32,000 nucleotides of DNA from an uncultured Erysipelotrichaceae bacterium (lineage in GTDB: Bacteria > Bacillota_I > Bacilli_A > Erysipelotrichales > Erysipelotrichaceae): positions 1-32,000 of the forward strand of contig OW818668.1 in NCBI GenBank assembly GCA_942493105.1, read 5' to 3'. Positions 16,116-24,662 of the stretch are shown piece after piece. The translations under genes and the position numbers were made by a program. The number at the start of each line of letters is the position of its first letter. The stretch's first letter is position 1. The notes beneath the pieces are model-generated. The model was not told the DNA's origin and did no database searches. It saw only the letters and a program-made list of their open reading frames with translations.

Positions 16116-16231
16116 AATCCCCTCCGTTGGTAGATATCTTGTTCAAGTACTGCTTTAAGTAAAACTTCTTCTTCTGCATTGGTGATATAGCCTTTACGGG
16201 CCATAATCATGATTTCTTCTTCGTAGTTCAT
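16112..16231 (-). CDS. unlisted 39-aa SHOCT-like micro-protein
   Basis: Hand translation: MNYEEEIMIMARKGYITNAEEEVLLKAVLEQDIYQRRGL. ATGA overlaps at both ends link it to the DUF2089 gene upstream and the 125-aa gene downstream. It fills the whole gap between them. Confidence 0.45.
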   Translation of the reverse strand: MNYEEEIMIMARKGYITNAEEEVLLKAVLEQDIYQRRGL

Positions 16232-16599
16232 GTGCCCCTCCTTAGATATTGGGCTGCTTCTTCAACCGATATTTCTTTATTTCTTAGTTTCTCTAAGATG
16301 TCTTCTTCATCTATTTCCGGTAAAGCTTCAGTGGTTTCTAGACCGAGCTTGATGATGATGCCATCCAGATTCTTCTTGACTGTGGGATAGGAGATCCCTA
16401 AGGATTTTTCCATCTCACGGATGTTGCCTGAGACTTTGATGAAGGTTTCAATAAAGTTGAGATCATCTTTGCTTAAGGCACTGAACTTCGAGAGGGCGAA
16501 GTCGCCGCTAATTTCTGTGTGACAAACGCTGCAGCTGAGTTTGGTGACGGTCAAGTCATTACTGCATACTGGGCATGTGCCGATTACTTCATGTTTCAT
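16228..16599 (-). CDS. DUF2089-type zinc-ribbon/HTH protein (putative transcription regulator)
   Basis: 123 aa. Contains CPVC...CSVC, then LSKDDLNFIETFIKVSGNIREMEKSLGISYPTVKKNL (HTH), and a C-terminal SHOCT-like tail EEDILEKLRNKEISVEEAAQYL. Confidence 0.8.
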   Translation of the reverse strand: MKHEVIGTCPVCSNDLTVTKLSCSVCHTEISGDFALSKFSALSKDDLNFIETFIKVSGNIREMEKSLGISYPTVKKNLDGIIIKLGLETTEALPEIDEEDILEKLRNKEISVEEAAQYLRRGT

Positions 16600-16610
16600 G
16601 TTTGTTTCTC

Positions 16611-16889
16611 CTAGAGGATGTCGATGAGGACATTTGCATCTTTACTTTGGATTTCCACTAATGTGAAGGGTTCCATTGGTTTTAATTCTTTGATGACGAT
16701 CTTGATGAGTTTGATGATCTCTTTCTTATTGGTTCTAATCAGTTCTCGAGTTTCAGGATCCACTGTATCCCCAAACTTCGTTGACCATAATCCGACTCTT
16801 ACCAACCAGACCAAGTGTGAGAGTCTCATCTTCGGCAAATTGATATGCCGATCTTCTGTTTGAATGCGTATTTTAATCTTTTTTGCCAT
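16611..16889 (-). CDS. hypothetical 92-aa protein, paralogous to the C-terminal domain of the 125-aa protein
   Basis: Start moved to the ATG at 16889 (MAKKIKIRIQTEDRHINLPKMRL, SD AAGGGAG); the track ORF begins at an upstream TTG that lies inside the promoter. Shares the I(K/R)I..(T/S)ED....(I/V)NLP motif with 15738..16115. Confidence 0.6.
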   Translation of the reverse strand: MAKKIKIRIQTEDRHINLPKMRLSHLVWLVRVGLWSTKFGDTVDPETRELIRTNKKEIIKLIKIVIKELKPMEPFTLVEIQSKDANVLIDIL

Positions 16890-16910
16890 AGGGTTCTCCC
16901 TTATGACCAC

Positions 16911-16939
16911 ATAATAAAACAAAGTATTGAACTTGTCAA
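16911..16939 (-). promoter_or_regulatory. near-consensus sigma-A promoter of the DUF2089 operon
   Basis: Minus strand TTGACA (16939..16934)-17 nt-TATTAT (16916..16911). Confidence 0.55.
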
Positions 16940-16945
16940 TACTTT
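16921..16945 (-). terminator. candidate terminator of the 145-aa gene
   Basis: AAAGTATTG-7 nt-CAATACTTT hairpin, followed on the minus strand by GTTTTATT. AT-rich and therefore weak. Overlaps the downstream -35 box. Confidence 0.4.
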
Positions 16946-16989
16946 TATTAAATATTTTAATATTTATCTTAACTATATTAATTAATACT

Positions 16990-17427
16990 TTAATTATACT
17001 TCGTTTTCTTTTTTATTTGGGCTTGAAGCTCAAGTATTTGGTCATCAGTTAGGTCAGAATGATAGTCTTCAAAGCGTTCATCTGAGAAGAAATCCATGAA
17101 AATAGCTGTGGAAGTCAATCTGGGTTCGGTTGAAATCAAGAATACTGTTCCATCAACTGGTTTAAATACCTGATTTTGAATGATCAAGGAATCTTCATAC
17201 AGCTTGATCCCATCCATCGGTATGATATCTTGGGTATCATAAACCTTAATGTCTTTTTTACAAGACAAAAAATCGATGGGTTTAAGATCGCTAAGATTTT
17301 TACTGTGAGTGGAGACAAGGATCATATCGACAGGGGTGCTTTTTATAAAATGCAGTAAACGGGCACGTACTTGAGCACAGCGATAGATGTCTCTTAAGAG
17401 TCGGTCGTGAAAGTAGATGAACTTCAT
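16990..17427 (-). CDS. hypothetical protein (145 aa), no family recognised
   Basis: Clean ORF between the ftsZ terminator and the DUF2089 operon. Has its own promoter and no recognisable motif. Confidence 0.6.
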   Translation of the reverse strand: MKFIYFHDRLLRDIYRCAQVRARLLHFIKSTPVDMILVSTHSKNLSDLKPIDFLSCKKDIKVYDTQDIIPMDGIKLYEDSLIIQNQVFKPVDGTVFLISTEPRLTSTAIFMDFFSDERFEDYHSDLTDDQILELQAQIKKKTKYN

Positions 17428-17433
17428 GCGTGT

Positions 17434-17462
17434 ATCATACCAAGGTCTCTATTTAAACTCAA
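17434..17462 (-). promoter_or_regulatory. promoter of the 145-aa gene, leaderless type
   Basis: Minus strand TTGAGT-17 nt-TGgTATGAT-acacgc-ATG. No SD. Confidence 0.45.
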
Positions 17463-17473
17463 AACAAATACCC

Positions 17474-17495
17474 AAAAAAAGAGGCTTTAGCCTCT
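17474..17495 (-). terminator. rho-independent terminator of ftsA-ftsZ
   Basis: AGAGGC-ttta-GCCTCT, followed on the minus strand by 7 T. The hairpin contains the ftsZ stop codon. Confidence 0.6.
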
Positions 17496-18569
17496 AGATT
17501 TAAAGAATCCTGGAATACTGCTGTCATCCGCATCATCTTCTTTAGGAATAAACTTATCGATGGTAGACGGATCATTGACCAATTTTGTAGCTTCAACCGT
17601 AGGACGCGTCGTGATGTTTTCTTTAGGAAGATCAAAACCTGTCGCGATGACGGTAACGATGATGTTGTCACCCAAGGATTCGTTGATCGCAACCCCAAAG
17701 ATGATGTCGACTTCTCCGCCAGCAGCTTCACGAATGAAGCGAACAGCGTCATCCGCATCCATCAAGTTGATGTTTTGACCGCCAGTCACATTGACGATGG
17801 CTTTCTTGGCTCCGCGAATATGGGCTTCTAATAAAGGTGAGGTAATGGCTTTGGCTGCTGCTTCATGAGCTTTGTTTTCACCTTGACTCATACCGATACC
17901 GATCAAAGCTGTGCCTTGAGCTTCCATGACTGTACGTACATCCGCAAAATCAAGGTTGATGATGGCTGGAACGGCGATCAAATCAGTGATGGTTTGAACA
18001 CCTTGTCTTAAGACATTGTCAGCTTCTCTAAATGCTTCTACGAAAGGTATGCGTCCAATGGCTTCTAAAAGTTGATTGTTGGAGACGATGATCAATGAGT
18101 CTGTGTATTGGCTCAGATTCTCAAGGCCAGCTAAAGCTTGATCCATACGCTTCTTGCCTTCAAAACTAAAAGGTTTGGTGACGATCCCAACGGTCAAGAT
18201 ACCCATCTCATGGGCTAGTTTCGCAAATAAAGGGGCAGCACCGGTTCCGGTACCTCCACCTAAACCTGCAGTCAAAAATACCATATCAGCTCCTTTAAGA
18301 GCCGCTTTGATTTCTTCTTCGCTTTCAATCGCTGCTTTTAATCCGATTTCAGGATTGGCTCCAGCCCCCAAACCTTTGGTGGTGGTCCTACCTAATATGA
18401 TCTTATTTTTACATGGGGATATGTTGAGCACTTGTAAATCAGTGTTGGTCACATAGAATTCGACCCCTTTTAATTCATCTTCAACCATTCGGTTGATGGC
18501 ATTACAGCCTGCTCCACCGATTCCAAATACTTTGATCTTTGCGACTTGGTTATACTGCAATTCACTCAT
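17487..18569 (-). CDS. ftsZ: cell division protein FtsZ
   Basis: 360 aa. Contains GIGGAGCNAINRM, the tubulin signature GGGTGTGAAP, NTDLQVL, and a C-terminal IPGFF tail. Confidence 0.95.
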   Translation of the reverse strand: MSELQYNQVAKIKVFGIGGAGCNAINRMVEDELKGVEFYVTNTDLQVLNISPCKNKIILGRTTTKGLGAGANPEIGLKAAIESEEEIKAALKGADMVFLTAGLGGGTGTGAAPLFAKLAHEMGILTVGIVTKPFSFEGKKRMDQALAGLENLSQYTDSLIIVSNNQLLEAIGRIPFVEAFREADNVLRQGVQTITDLIAVPAIINLDFADVRTVMEAQGTALIGIGMSQGENKAHEAAAKAITSPLLEAHIRGAKKAIVNVTGGQNINLMDADDAVRFIREAAGGEVDIIFGVAINESLGDNIIVTVIATGFDLPKENITTRPTVEATKLVNDPSTIDKFIPKEDDADDSSIPGFFKSRG

Positions 18570-18577
18570 GATGCCTC

Positions 18578-19828
18578 CTAGTTTTTGCCCTTTTCGAACA
18601 TTGTTTTAAACTTGTTTCCTAAAGTATCTTCCGGATTACTCTTTCCCATACTTGCTTTTATTTTAACACTAAATTGGTCCATCTCGATAGCACTTTGGTA
18701 GTTACGGTAAACACTTTGATCTTTAAGGACATAAAAGAGTCCTGCACAGACACTTAGAGCTGAATTTCGGATGCCTAAGGTCTCTGAGATATAGACAGTT
18801 GTTTGACATCCTAGTTGACGTGCAACGGTCTCTGATAAGCCATTGATGTCTGCAGATTCACCACTCAATACGATTTCGATATGATTGTCCATCAGAATCG
18901 GACTAATGGCTTTATGAATGCTTTGTAGCCAAGCATCAAGATGTGGTTCAATCAATCCAGCAACATCATTTTCAGTTAAGGTATGATTCTTATCATCAGC
19001 TGACCACAAATAAATAGGTGACTTAGGATATTTCTGAAGACCGAGTCGAACATTATGATGAAGTAAACGATCAGCAACTTCAATGGGTAAACGATGTTTC
19101 TCACTGATTGCTTCGATCATTTGGGCTGTGCCTTCATTTAAGACTTCAGTCGACATCAGTTTCCCTTTCGCAAAGAGACTTAAAGCTGTGCTTTGTCTTT
19201 CCATTTTGATTAGTACGATATAATGATCCAAAGACTTTTCAAAGAGACTGGCTTCTTTACCGATCGCAAAGCCATCTAAACTGATTTCTGTGATCTCTAG
19301 ACCTGCTTTTTCAACGATCGATGCGTATTGATAAACCAATGATTTATCTGCACACATCAAATCAACATCCGCAATAAAAGAATCACAGCTTTCATCGATC
19401 GGTAAGCGTCTGAGTGAAATACCATTGACGATACATTTATTGATGATCACATTGACGATTTCTAAATGATCAGGTAAGGGGGTCTTGATGGCTTTTCTTA
19501 CTGCATTTTGAATATCGATCGAAGTGATTCGATTTTGAACTGGCATGTTTACTTTCTGATTAAAGCGATGCATAGAGGCACTAGGCAAAGCTAAAATGAC
19601 AGCCTTGATGGGAGATCCTATGTTTTTAGATGCATTATCTATCGCCTTCTTAAGGGCGTTTACGATGGCTTCTTGATCAACGATATTCTGATTCAGGATT
19701 CCTCCTGAAACAACTCTTTCAACCTTCATAACGGTCAATCTTTGGTTATGAAATTGTCCCACCACCAGGCGGATTTCATGATCAGTCAGTTCCAAAGCTG
19801 CATAGATATTCTGATCGTTCATGGGCAC
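18578..19828 (-). CDS. ftsA: cell division protein FtsA
   Basis: 416-aa actin-like ATPase immediately upstream of ftsZ. Length and domain layout are typical of FtsA. SD GGAGAGG. Confidence 0.9.
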   Translation of the reverse strand: MPMNDQNIYAALELTDHEIRLVVGQFHNQRLTVMKVERVVSGGILNQNIVDQEAIVNALKKAIDNASKNIGSPIKAVILALPSASMHRFNQKVNMPVQNRITSIDIQNAVRKAIKTPLPDHLEIVNVIINKCIVNGISLRRLPIDESCDSFIADVDLMCADKSLVYQYASIVEKAGLEITEISLDGFAIGKEASLFEKSLDHYIVLIKMERQSTALSLFAKGKLMSTEVLNEGTAQMIEAISEKHRLPIEVADRLLHHNVRLGLQKYPKSPIYLWSADDKNHTLTENDVAGLIEPHLDAWLQSIHKAISPILMDNHIEIVLSGESADINGLSETVARQLGCQTTVYISETLGIRNSALSVCAGLFYVLKDQSVYRNYQSAIEMDQFSVKIKASMGKSNPEDTLGNKFKTMFEKGKN

Positions 19829-19847
19829 CTCTCCGTCTTCTTTTTAA

Positions 19848-19858
19848 ATTATATCACA
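19848..19858 (-). promoter_or_regulatory. extended -10 promoter of ftsA-ftsZ
   Basis: Minus strand TGTGATATAAT, about 20 nt upstream of the ftsA ATG. Confidence 0.5.
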
Positions 19859-19893
19859 TCTGCTTTTCAGTAAATTATTTTAAGACAAAGGTC

Positions 19894-19922
19894 TTGCAAA
19901 GTCACTTTTTTCGTGGTAAACT
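19894..19922 (+). promoter_or_regulatory. promoter of rpmB
   Basis: TTGCAA-17 nt-TAAACT, with TGg immediately upstream of the -10. Confidence 0.5.
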
Positions 19923-19955
19923 TTACAAGCATTAATGAAAGGGGGTTTACGGAAC

Positions 19956-20147
19956 ATGTCAAGAGTTTGTGCCGTAACCGGTAAAAGAGCGCTTTCGGGC
20001 AACAAACGTTCACACTCCTTGCAGGCAACCCGCCGCAAATGGAATGTTAACTTACAAAAAGTTTCAGTCGTGGTTAATGGAAAACCTCAGAAGTTACGTA
20101 TTTCCGCCCGTGCATTGAAGACTTTAAAGGCTCAACAGGCAAACTAA
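19956..20147 (+). CDS. rpmB: 50S ribosomal protein L28
   Basis: Start moved to [21 protein letters not shown] (SD AAAGGGGG). Canonical L28 sequence, 63 aa. Confidence 0.9.
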   Translation: MSRVCAVTGKRALSGNKRSHSLQATRRKWNVNLQKVSVVVNGKPQKLRISARALKTLKAQQAN

Positions 20148-20148
20148 A

Positions 20149-20169
20149 TCGAGATTCCTCGGTTTTTTT
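20149..20169. terminator. weak hairpin plus T7 run after rpmB
   Basis: TCGAG-attc-CTCGG (5 bp including one G-U pair), followed by TTTTTTT. Confidence 0.35.
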
Positions 20170-20767
20170 ATGCCTTGGTACAGTAAACCAACACTTTACC
20201 TGTATGCACACTGAGGATGGCTTCTTCTTCTAGCCATGTGTTGGATAAACCCAATATCGACTTTAGATGTAGCTCATCATGATCTAAAGGATATTCCACG
20301 CCTTTTAAAGATAATACCGCAAAATCTAAAGTAAACACGGAAAGCTTCTCATGGCTTTCTTTTTTAATGGCATAGACACCAGGTCCATAACATTTGATCC
20401 AATGGACCTCATCGATCAAGGTCACTTCAGGATGATCATAAGCCAATATCAGATTCGCATGATGATGATCATAGCGACCGCCTAATGCCCCATAAATCAC
20501 GATGTCTTCATAACCCAATTCAAGGGCCTTTTCAATAGCCAACTGTGAATCTGGTTGATCTTTATGGGTAGGAAAAGAAAGTACCTGTGTTTTTTCTTTG
20601 ATCAAAGATAAAGTCTCTAAATCGATCGAATCAAAATCACCCAAAGCACAGATCATTTTCAAGTGTTTGCGTATGGCATAGGCAGCCCCTGCATCAACTC
20701 CGATCACATCTGTTTCGATCAAAGGGTACTCACCTTCTCTTAGGATCAATGTGACTGTGTTTCCCAT
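20168..20767 (-). CDS. thiN: thiamine pyrophosphokinase
   Basis: 199 aa. Contains GVDAGA, GDFDS and GALGGRYDH motifs. Sits in the conserved position after rpe. Confidence 0.85.
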   Translation of the reverse strand: MGNTVTLILREGEYPLIETDVIGVDAGAAYAIRKHLKMICALGDFDSIDLETLSLIKEKTQVLSFPTHKDQPDSQLAIEKALELGYEDIVIYGALGGRYDHHHANLILAYDHPEVTLIDEVHWIKCYGPGVYAIKKESHEKLSVFTLDFAVLSLKGVEYPLDHDELHLKSILGLSNTWLEEEAILSVHTGKVLVYCTKA

Positions 20768-21405
20768 AGGTTCTTAATGGCTTCGCCAATGTTGTTTTTA
20801 AAGATATAACTTCCAGCAACCAAGACATCAACTCCAGAATTCAAGGCCATGGTACCGGTATCTTGATTGATACCACCATCGATCTCGATCAAACATTTTG
20901 ATTCCATCAGATTGATTTGACGTCTCAGCATCGTTACTTTGACCAAGGCTTCAGGCATAAATGCTTGTCCACCAAAGCCAGGATTGACACTCATGACCAA
21001 GACCAAATCAAGTTCATTTAAGAAAGGAAACAACAGTTGAACAGGTGTTGATGGTTTAAGTGATAAACCAGCTTTCTTACCTTTGGATTTGATCTTACGA
21101 ATCAAGTCCAGTACGGCTTTAGAGTCCTCTAATGCTTCATAATGGAAAGTAATGAGATCAGCTCCAGCTTCTATAAAAATGTCTGCAAACATGACAGGAT
21201 CACTGACCATGATATGAATATCTAAAAATAAAGAGGTTTGAACTCTTAGACTTTTAACAAAATCAGGACCAAACGTTAAATTAGGGACAAAATGACCATC
21301 CATGATGTCCACATGTAACCATTTGGCCGGAGACTTTTCAACTTCATGAAGCTGTTGGGGGATTTTTGAGAAATCCATAGAGAGGATCGAAGGTGCTATG
21401 ATCAT
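20746..21405 (-). CDS. rpe: ribulose-phosphate 3-epimerase
   Basis: 219 aa. Contains APSILSMDF, HVDIMDGHFVPN, MSVNPGFGGQ. Confidence 0.9.
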   Translation of the reverse strand: MIIAPSILSMDFSKIPQQLHEVEKSPAKWLHVDIMDGHFVPNLTFGPDFVKSLRVQTSLFLDIHIMVSDPVMFADIFIEAGADLITFHYEALEDSKAVLDLIRKIKSKGKKAGLSLKPSTPVQLLFPFLNELDLVLVMSVNPGFGGQAFMPEALVKVTMLRRQINLMESKCLIEIDGGINQDTGTMALNSGVDVLVAGSYIFKNNIGEAIKNLWETQSH

Positions 21406-22268
21406 AGATAGATCTCCTTGTTTTGATCGATCAAGGTCCGTACTTCCAAATAATGTTGATAACGTTCCTGTGGAATAAGTTGTTTAGAAACTGCTTGCTT
21501 GATGGCACAATCTGGTTCATTAAGATGCTGACAATTACGGAAACGGCATTGTTCACGATAAGGTTCAAATTCAATTACACATTGAATCAGATCTTCATGC
21601 GTCATGTGTGAAAAATCAAGCGATGAAAATCCAGGTGTATCTGCGATCCAACCTTGTTGAACAGGCAGAAGTTCTACATGTCTGGTCGTATGTTTACCGC
21701 GACCCAATGCTTTTGATATTTCTTGGGTCTTGATGGTATAGCGATCATCGAGCCGATTGATCAAAGATGATTTTCCAACCCCGCTTTGACCAGTGAGGAC
21801 ACAGATCTTTTGTGCCATAAATTTCATCAAGGCAGAATTATCGACACCTTTACCGACAGTAAAAACATTCATGAATTTTCGATATTCAGCTAAAACTAAA
21901 TCTAATTCTGAAGTATCACTCAACAAATCCCATTTACTGACCACAAGTACAGGTAATATGTTGGCATGTCTGACCAACCATGTTAAACGATCAACCAATA
22001 AACTAGAAAATTCCGGCTTAAGTGTCGACATGACAATTAAAATGGCATCAACATTAGCCACTGAAGGCCGATTCATTTGATTGATTCGAGGATAAACTTT
22101 TTCGATGACACTGAGATCTGAGCCATGCAAGACATCAACCCAATCCCCAACCATAGGCGAGACCCCTTTACGCAGTTTTCCACTGGCTCCGGTCGCAAAA
22201 ACATCGCCCTTTTCGGTTATACAGGTATAGTGATTGGAAATGATGCGGATGACTCTAGCTCGCTGCAT
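21402..22268 (-). CDS. rsgA: ribosome small-subunit-dependent GTPase A
   Basis: 288 aa. Circularly permuted GTPase (VSKWDL, GQSGVGKSSL, DTPGF) with a C-terminal zinc knuckle CRFRNCQHLNEPDC. Confidence 0.9.
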   Translation of the reverse strand: MQRARVIRIISNHYTCITEKGDVFATGASGKLRKGVSPMVGDWVDVLHGSDLSVIEKVYPRINQMNRPSVANVDAILIVMSTLKPEFSSLLVDRLTWLVRHANILPVLVVSKWDLLSDTSELDLVLAEYRKFMNVFTVGKGVDNSALMKFMAQKICVLTGQSGVGKSSLINRLDDRYTIKTQEISKALGRGKHTTRHVELLPVQQGWIADTPGFSSLDFSHMTHEDLIQCVIEFEPYREQCRFRNCQHLNEPDCAIKQAVSKQLIPQERYQHYLEVRTLIDQNKEIYL

Positions 22269-23929
22269 TGGCGTAATACGATAAGACGATCTTACTGGTT
22301 GTCTTTTGAATATAGTATGTATTGGCTCCAGGCGTCATAGAGATGACTTGATTCTTTGGTAAAGCAGCGATTTGTTCAGGAGTCAAACCTGTTGTATCAA
22401 TGATTTTTAATTCTACGATAGCGCCTAAAGCCGTCAATTGTGTTTGGGCAATTTGGACATTTATTCCTACTAAATTTGGGATGGTGAATTGTACTTTGCC
22501 CGCAACAGTCAATTTGATTTCATATGAAATGGCAGGATCGATCTTTTCACCTTGCATCAAATTCTCTTGTTTTATGACTGTTCCTTCTTCTTTATCAGAA
22601 TCATAATCGAATTGTTTTCTAATGGTAACTTTGGTTGAAGCCAATAATAATTCCACGGCATCAATCTTTTGATTGACATAATTTCCAATCACAAAATACA
22701 TGCCTTTGCTTAACGTTAATGTAACCACAGATCCTTTTTCAAGTTTTGTTCCTGAGCTTGGTGTTACTTTGACAACAAGACCGGCTGCAATATCATCCGT
22801 AAGTTCATATCTGACCGTACTGGAAACCGATAGGCCCATCGCGGTGATGGCATCTTCAGCATCAGATCGAGTCATGGTACTTACATTAGGGATGGTTATG
22901 AATTCAGTTTCGGGGGTTAAAAGCCCGCTGATCATGATAAATGCATACACAGACATCCCGACCAATGCAATAAAAGCCAAACCAATCAAAGCTGGTAAGA
23001 TTCCGATTTTTCGTTTGGGTTCTTGGGGGGTCATGTTGGCTACCTGTTGGATGAGGATGGTATCATTATGGAGCGTATCTGTCGTAAACACGACTTTAGC
23101 GACATCTTTGTTTTTATCTTTTAAACAATTCATCAGATCTTCATACATATCTGAGGCCATCTTATATCGATGGGACTTATTTTTAGCTGTTGCCTTGATG
23201 ATCACATTTTCCATGGCTTGCGGAATACTTGGATTAAAATCTCGTACTGATGGCAAGTCTTCGCGCATATGTTTCATTGCGACTTGAACATTTCGCTTCG
23301 CCATTAAACGGTACTTGACCCGTCACCAATTCATAAAATGTGATGCCCAATGCATAAATATCGCTTTGGAAACTTGCGTTTTCACCGCGAGCCAATTCAG
23401 GAGCTAAATAATGAACAGAACCCATGACTGTATCGGTTTGGGTCAATTGGACCGCATCAGATACCGTTGCGATCCCAAAATCAGCGATCTTGACGGTTCC
23501 ATCATCTTTGACCATGATGTTTTGGGGCTTGATATCACGATGAATGATGTTATTTTTATGGGCTTCAGTGATGGCACATAACAATTGGTCCATGATCTGA
23601 AGGGCTTCTTGTTTTTCCATTGCACCACGTTGTGAAATGAGTTCCTTAAGTGATTTACCGCGAACATATTCCATAACGATATAATGCTGACCTTTATCTT
23701 CACCCACATCATAGATTTCTACGATATTAGGGTGATTTAAACGGCTGGCCGCATTGGCTTCACGCTGAAAACGCAAAAGCGCCACAGGGTCTAAAGAAAG
23801 CTTCCCACGTAAGATTTTAACGGCGACTTCGCGATTTAAGAAACTGTCTTGGGCCAAGTAGACATCGGCCATACCGCCTTCTCCCAGTTTCTTATTGATG
23901 ACATATCGATTGGCTATCATTTCTTTCAT
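22255..23929 (-). pseudogene. prkC: PASTA-domain Ser/Thr kinase, interrupted by a +1 frameshift (or an assembly indel)
   Basis: ORF 23234..23929 carries the kinase domain (GEGGMADVY, HRDIKPQN, DFGIA). ORF 22255..23304 carries the rest (AMKHMREDLPSVRDF, a TM helix, three PASTA-like repeats). Deleting one A from GCGAAATG (plus TTT at 23291..23293) restores PFNGEANVQVAMKH, which is colinear with the B. subtilis PrkC pattern. Confidence 0.85.
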
Positions 23930-23939
23930 GGTCTATCCT

Positions 23940-24662
23940 CTAGAAGGCCATCAGCACAACAGTGGTATTGTCATATCCACCCTTGGCATTGGCACGGTCA
24001 ATTAAATGTTTGGTTTTTGAAGCTAAACTTTCTTCAGATTTTAAGATCGTTTCGATTTCTTGATCGTCAACATATCCGTGTAGACCATCTGAACAACACA
24101 GGATGATCTTGACTTCTTGATTTAAGGTAAACATATCGATAATGACTTGAGGCAAGATCGCTAACACATTGGTTAAGATCGATCTTTGCGGATGAACTTT
24201 TGCATCTTGTTCATTGAGTCGGCCCTGGTCAATCCACTCTTGGACCAAGGTATGATCCGTTGTTATCAGTTTTAACACTGAATTCATAGTGTATATTCTA
24301 GAATCTCCCACATTGGCCATGACTGTTGCATTTTTATGATGCAAGACTGCCACCATGGTGGTCCCCATTCCACGATAATCAAGATTGGATGCGGCTAAAG
24401 CATATAGCTTTTTATTGACTTCTTGGATACTGTCCTTAAGCCATTGGGACATTGCTTCTGTACTAGATTGATCAGGAGGCGTTTGTTCAAAGATGGCTTT
24501 AAGATAATCGATGGCCATCGATGAGGCAACTTCGCCTGCTTTAGCTCCACCCATCCCATCACACACTGAAACTAAAGTATAACCTTTGTGTTTTAAGACG
24601 ATGTAACTGTCTTGATTGATTTTCCTAAGACGACCGATATCACTCATCCCTGTAACGATCAT
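23940..24662 (-). CDS. stp: PP2C-family Ser/Thr phosphatase (Stp/PrpC)
   Basis: Start moved to MIVTGMSDIGRLRKINQDS (ATGA overlap with the rlmN stop). Contains VCDGMGG and the CSDGL motif. Confidence 0.85.
   Translation of the reverse strand: MIVTGMSDIGRLRKINQDSYIVLKHKGYTLVSVCDGMGGAKAGEVASSMAIDYLKAIFEQTPPDQSSTEAMSQWLKDSIQEVNKKLYALAASNLDYRGMGTTMVAVLHHKNATVMANVGDSRIYTMNSVLKLITTDHTLVQEWIDQGRLNEQDAKVHPQRSILTNVLAILPQVIIDMFTLNQEVKIILCCSDGLHGYVDDQEIETILKSEESLASKTKHLIDRANAKGGYDNTTVVLMAF

Noticed and set aside
17459-17758. 99-aa minus-strand ORF overlapping the ftsZ 3' end in another frame
   Set aside because: Alternative frame of an unambiguous ftsZ gene; it reads across the ftsZ terminator.
22700-23287. 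195-aa plus-strand ORF
   Set aside because: Antisense to the prkC TM/PASTA region. Ser/Thr/Val-rich shadow translation with no start context.
23443-23712. 89-aa minus-strand ORF inside the kinase domain
   Set aside because: Out-of-frame overlap with the clearly recognisable PrkC catalytic domain.
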